NCBI GenBank assembly: GCA_010365115.1
Contig: JAAFGX010000004.1
Span: 14,027-78,026, forward strand
DNA length: 64,000 nucleotides
From: Paludibacter sp.
Lineage (GTDB): Bacteria > Bacteroidota > Bacteroidia > Bacteroidales > Paludibacteraceae
Direction of reading: 5' to 3'
The translations under genes and the position numbers were made by a program. This document shows, in pieces, positions 61,648 to 64,000 of this stretch. A model generated the notes under the pieces. That model was not told the DNA's origin, made no database searches, and was given only the letters and a program-made list of their open reading frames with translations. Numbering within the stretch: the stretch's first letter is position 1; each line of letters opens with the position of its first letter.

Positions 61648-63133
61648 CACAATTAATTGCTTTATAGTGTACAATGAACTGACACTAGCTGAAAAAACCG
61701 CACAAAATTTATTGCAATCGGAATTGGTAAACAAAGTATATATACTTGCTACCCCTGAAAACAATACTGTAATCGCCGGTTGCGAGCGCATTGAAATCGA
61801 TTCGTTCAAAAGCACAGAAACCTTAAAAAAAATCGCAGATAAGTCCGATACTGCATATTCCCTTATTTACACAAAAGATACAACTCTCGAATTGGGACAA
61901 TATGCTTTAGAGCGCTTTTATCACATTGCAAATGACACAAATGCAGGTCTAGTTTATTCCGACTATTACCAGATTTCAGAAGGACTTCGAACAAACCTAC
62001 CTTTAATCGATTATCAAGAAGGAAGTTTACGAGATGATTTTAATTTTGGTTCTGTACTTTTCTACGATGCAAAAATTCTAAAAAAAGCAGTTGCCGAAAC
62101 AACTGAAAACTTCTTACATGCCGGTCTTTATAATTTGCGGTTAAAAGTATCACAACATTCAGAATTAATTCATATTAATGAATTTCTATATTCGGAAGTT
62201 GAACACGACATCAGAAAAAGCGGCGAAAAACTTTTTGATTATGTTGATCCAAAAAACCGTGCAGTACAAATTGAAATGGAAACGGCTTGCACCGATCATT
62301 TAAAAAAAATCGGTGCTTATCTAGCTCCTAAATTCAAATCTATCGAATTCAACAAAGGAGATTTTCCAGTAGAAGCATCCGTAATTATTCCGGTTCGCAA
62401 TAGAGTAAAAACACTTGAAGATGCCATCAAGTCGGTGTTGATGCAAAAAACTACTTTTGCTTTTAACCTGATTATTGTGGATAATTTTTCAACAGATGGA
62501 ACTTCCGAAATTATTCAGAAATATGCTCAATTGGACAAAAGATTAATTCATGTAATACCAAACCGTCACGATTTAGGAATCGGTGGATGTTGGAATGCCG
62601 GAGTTGATAGCACCGAATGTGGAAAATTTGCTGTTCAGTTGGACAGCGATGATGTGTACAAAGATGAAAACACATTACAAACTATTGTCAATGCATTTTA
62701 CGAACAAAATTGCGCCATGGTGATTGGCTCGTACACCATGACTAATTTCAAACTGGAAACCATTGCGCCCGGGCTTATCGACCACAAAGAATGGACGCCC
62801 GAAAACGGACGTAACAACGCATTACGCATCAATGGACTTGGTGCTCCTCGTGCTTTCTACACACCAGTTTTAAGAGAAATAAAAGTACCAAATACCAGTT
62901 ATGGTGAGGATTACGCATTGGGTCTTTATTTTTCGCGCGAATACCAAATCGGACGAATTTACGAATCGGTTTACCTTTGTCGCCGCTGGGATGACAATTC
63001 GGATGCCGAACTTGACGTAGTAAAAATGAATGGTCATAATTTTTATAAAGATAAAATCAGGACAATAGAATTGAAGGCGAGAAAAAAAACCCCTAACCCC
63101 TCCCGATATATCGGGATAAATTGCGGGGAATAA
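61595..63133 (+). CDS. Glycosyltransferase family 2 protein
   Basis: SVIIPVRNR, IVDNFSTDGT, QLDSDD, GEDY. Confidence 0.9.
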   Translation: MKNKDNDTNFNSPLGVVGTINCFIVYNELTLAEKTAQNLLQSELVNKVYILATPENNTVIAGCERIEIDSFKSTETLKKIADKSDTAYSLIYTKDTTLELGQYALERFYHIANDTNAGLVYSDYYQISEGLRTNLPLIDYQEGSLRDDFNFGSVLFYDAKILKKAVAETTENFLHAGLYNLRLKVSQHSELIHINEFLYSEVEHDIRKSGEKLFDYVDPKNRAVQIEMETACTDHLKKIGAYLAPKFKSIEFNKGDFPVEASVIIPVRNRVKTLEDAIKSVLMQKTTFAFNLIIVDNFSTDGTSEIIQKYAQLDKRLIHVIPNRHDLGIGGCWNAGVDSTECGKFAVQLDSDDVYKDENTLQTIVNAFYEQNCAMVIGSYTMTNFKLETIAPGLIDHKEWTPENGRNNALRINGLGAPRAFYTPVLREIKVPNTSYGEDYALGLYFSREYQIGRIYESVYLCRRWDDNSDAELDVVKMNGHNFYKDKIRTIELKARKKTPNPSRYIGINCGE

Positions 63134-63258
63134 GAAAAGAGCCGTCAACCCCAAAATGGAAATAATAAATATATCAATTGATTATTCAATTTTATAATAG
63201 AAATGGAATTAAAGAAAGAAGACGATAGTAACTTAAATTCCCCTTTAGGGGTTAGGGG
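63090..63258. repeat. Inverted pair of junction repeats, left copy carrying a nested palindrome
   Basis: CCCCTAACCCC[TCCCGATATATCGGGATAAATTGC]GGGGAA (63090-63130) and TTCCCCTTTAGGGGTTAGGGG (63238-63258). Confidence 0.8.
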
Positions 63259-64000
63259 TTTCTTCCAGAAACAACTTTCCAACTGGGAACTTGCCCGTAT
63301 TAATTATGCCGGACTCAAAACCGTAAAAACCAAATCATTTTCGTTTGAAGATTTTGAAATTAACGTGCAATTTAATCCGGCTCGCATCGCTTCATCAGGT
63401 GCAAAAGTAGATGCCAAAACTATTGCCGAACGCAAATGCTTTTTATGCTTGGAGAATTTACCTCCTGAACAAAAAGGAATTGACGCAGGAGATTATACCA
63501 TTTTGGTCAATCCATTTCCAATTTTCCCCGAACATTTTACCATTCCCCGAAAAGAACATGTCGAGCAAGAAATACTGCCTTATTTTAAAGACATGCTGGA
63601 ACTTGCCAAAAAATTAGATAATTATCTGGTTTTTTATAATGGTCCTAAATGTGGTGCTTCCGCTCCCGATCACATGCATTTTCAAGCAGGAACGAAAGAT
63701 TTTTTGCCATTGGTGAATGATTATAAACGTTTAAAAAATACACATAACGAAGTGCTTGTAGAATCAGGAACGTTCCAGCTTTCTAGTTTCAACAACTATT
63801 TACGGACAGTTTATTGTATCGAATCAATTAATATTGAAAGTGCAAAAGATGCATTCGAGAAGCTGTACAATCATCTCTCTTCTCCCCTCTCCTCAAGGAG
63901 AGGGGTTGGGTGTGAGGTCATGATGAATATTGTGTGTACTTTCGAAGACGAAAAGTGGTTTACATTTATCCTGCCTCGAAAAGCATTCCGCCCTTGGCAA
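63203..64000 (+). CDS. DUF4922 family protein (HIT-like), truncated by the window end
   Basis: Manual translation from ATG 63203: QLSNWELARINY, VQFNPARIASSGAKVD, CFLC, LVNPFPIFPEHFTI, YNGPKCGASAPDHMHFQ; open to the window edge. Confidence 0.85.
   Translation, partial: MELKKEDDSNLNSPLGVRGFFQKQLSNWELARINYAGLKTVKTKSFSFEDFEINVQFNPARIASSGAKVDAKTIAERKCFLCLENLPPEQKGIDAGDYTILVNPFPIFPEHFTIPRKEHVEQEILPYFKDMLELAKKLDNYLVFYNGPKCGASAPDHMHFQAGTKDFLPLVNDYKRLKNTHNEVLVESGTFQLSSFNNYLRTVYCIESINIESAKDAFEKLYNHLSSPLSSRRGVGCEVMMNIVCTFEDEKWFTFILPRKAFRPWQ
63884..63917 (-). repeat. GC-rich palindromic repeat in-frame inside the DUF4922 CDS
   Basis: CCCCTCTCCTCAAGGAGAGGGGTTGGGTGTGAGG is the near reverse complement of 32630-32663. 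Confidence 0.8.

Noticed and set aside
61406-61815. Short minus-strand ORFs at the nagB-like/GT2 junction
   Set aside because: Antisense shadows containing the junction repeat, with no family motifs.

Overview
AT-rich chromosomal segment of a Bacteroidota bacterium, probably Bacteroidales and Paludibacter-like. This is inferred from SusC/SusD genes, T9SS-type C-terminal domains, TAnnTTTG promoters and few Shine-Dalgarno sites. From left to right: an ECF sigma factor; a TetR-linked LolACDE-like ABC exporter cluster; recX, a hemolysin III gene, a four-helix-bundle gene and mnmA; gap followed by an MNT-HEPN toxin-antitoxin pair whose toxin has a nonsense codon; housekeeping genes (ade, S41 protease, dCMP deaminase, mpl-like, rlmF, nnr); and a TetR-TolC-HlyD-ABC efflux operon. 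Next is a ~23.5 kb locus (38016-61542) that reads as a cell-wall (peptidoglycan) utilization locus: SusC/SusD, two lipoproteins, T9SS-tailed GHL10 glycosidase, NAGPA phosphodiester glycosidase and amidase_3, MurQ, a MurK-like kinase and a NagB-like/deacetylase fusion, with one perfect palindromic operator repeated at two of its promoters. The window ends in GT2 and DUF4922 genes. Many small repeats overlay the genes. A CCCCTAACCCCTAAAGGGG family forms inverted pairs at gene junctions and supplies stop codons and N-terminal peptides. There are also nested palindromes, a 66-unit two-variant heptamer array, heptamer inverted repeats around the four-helix-bundle gene, a REP doublet and an IS1595-type MITE with an 8-bp target duplication. 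No rRNA, tRNA or CRISPR array was seen. All calls come from reading motifs by eye; no database searches were run.
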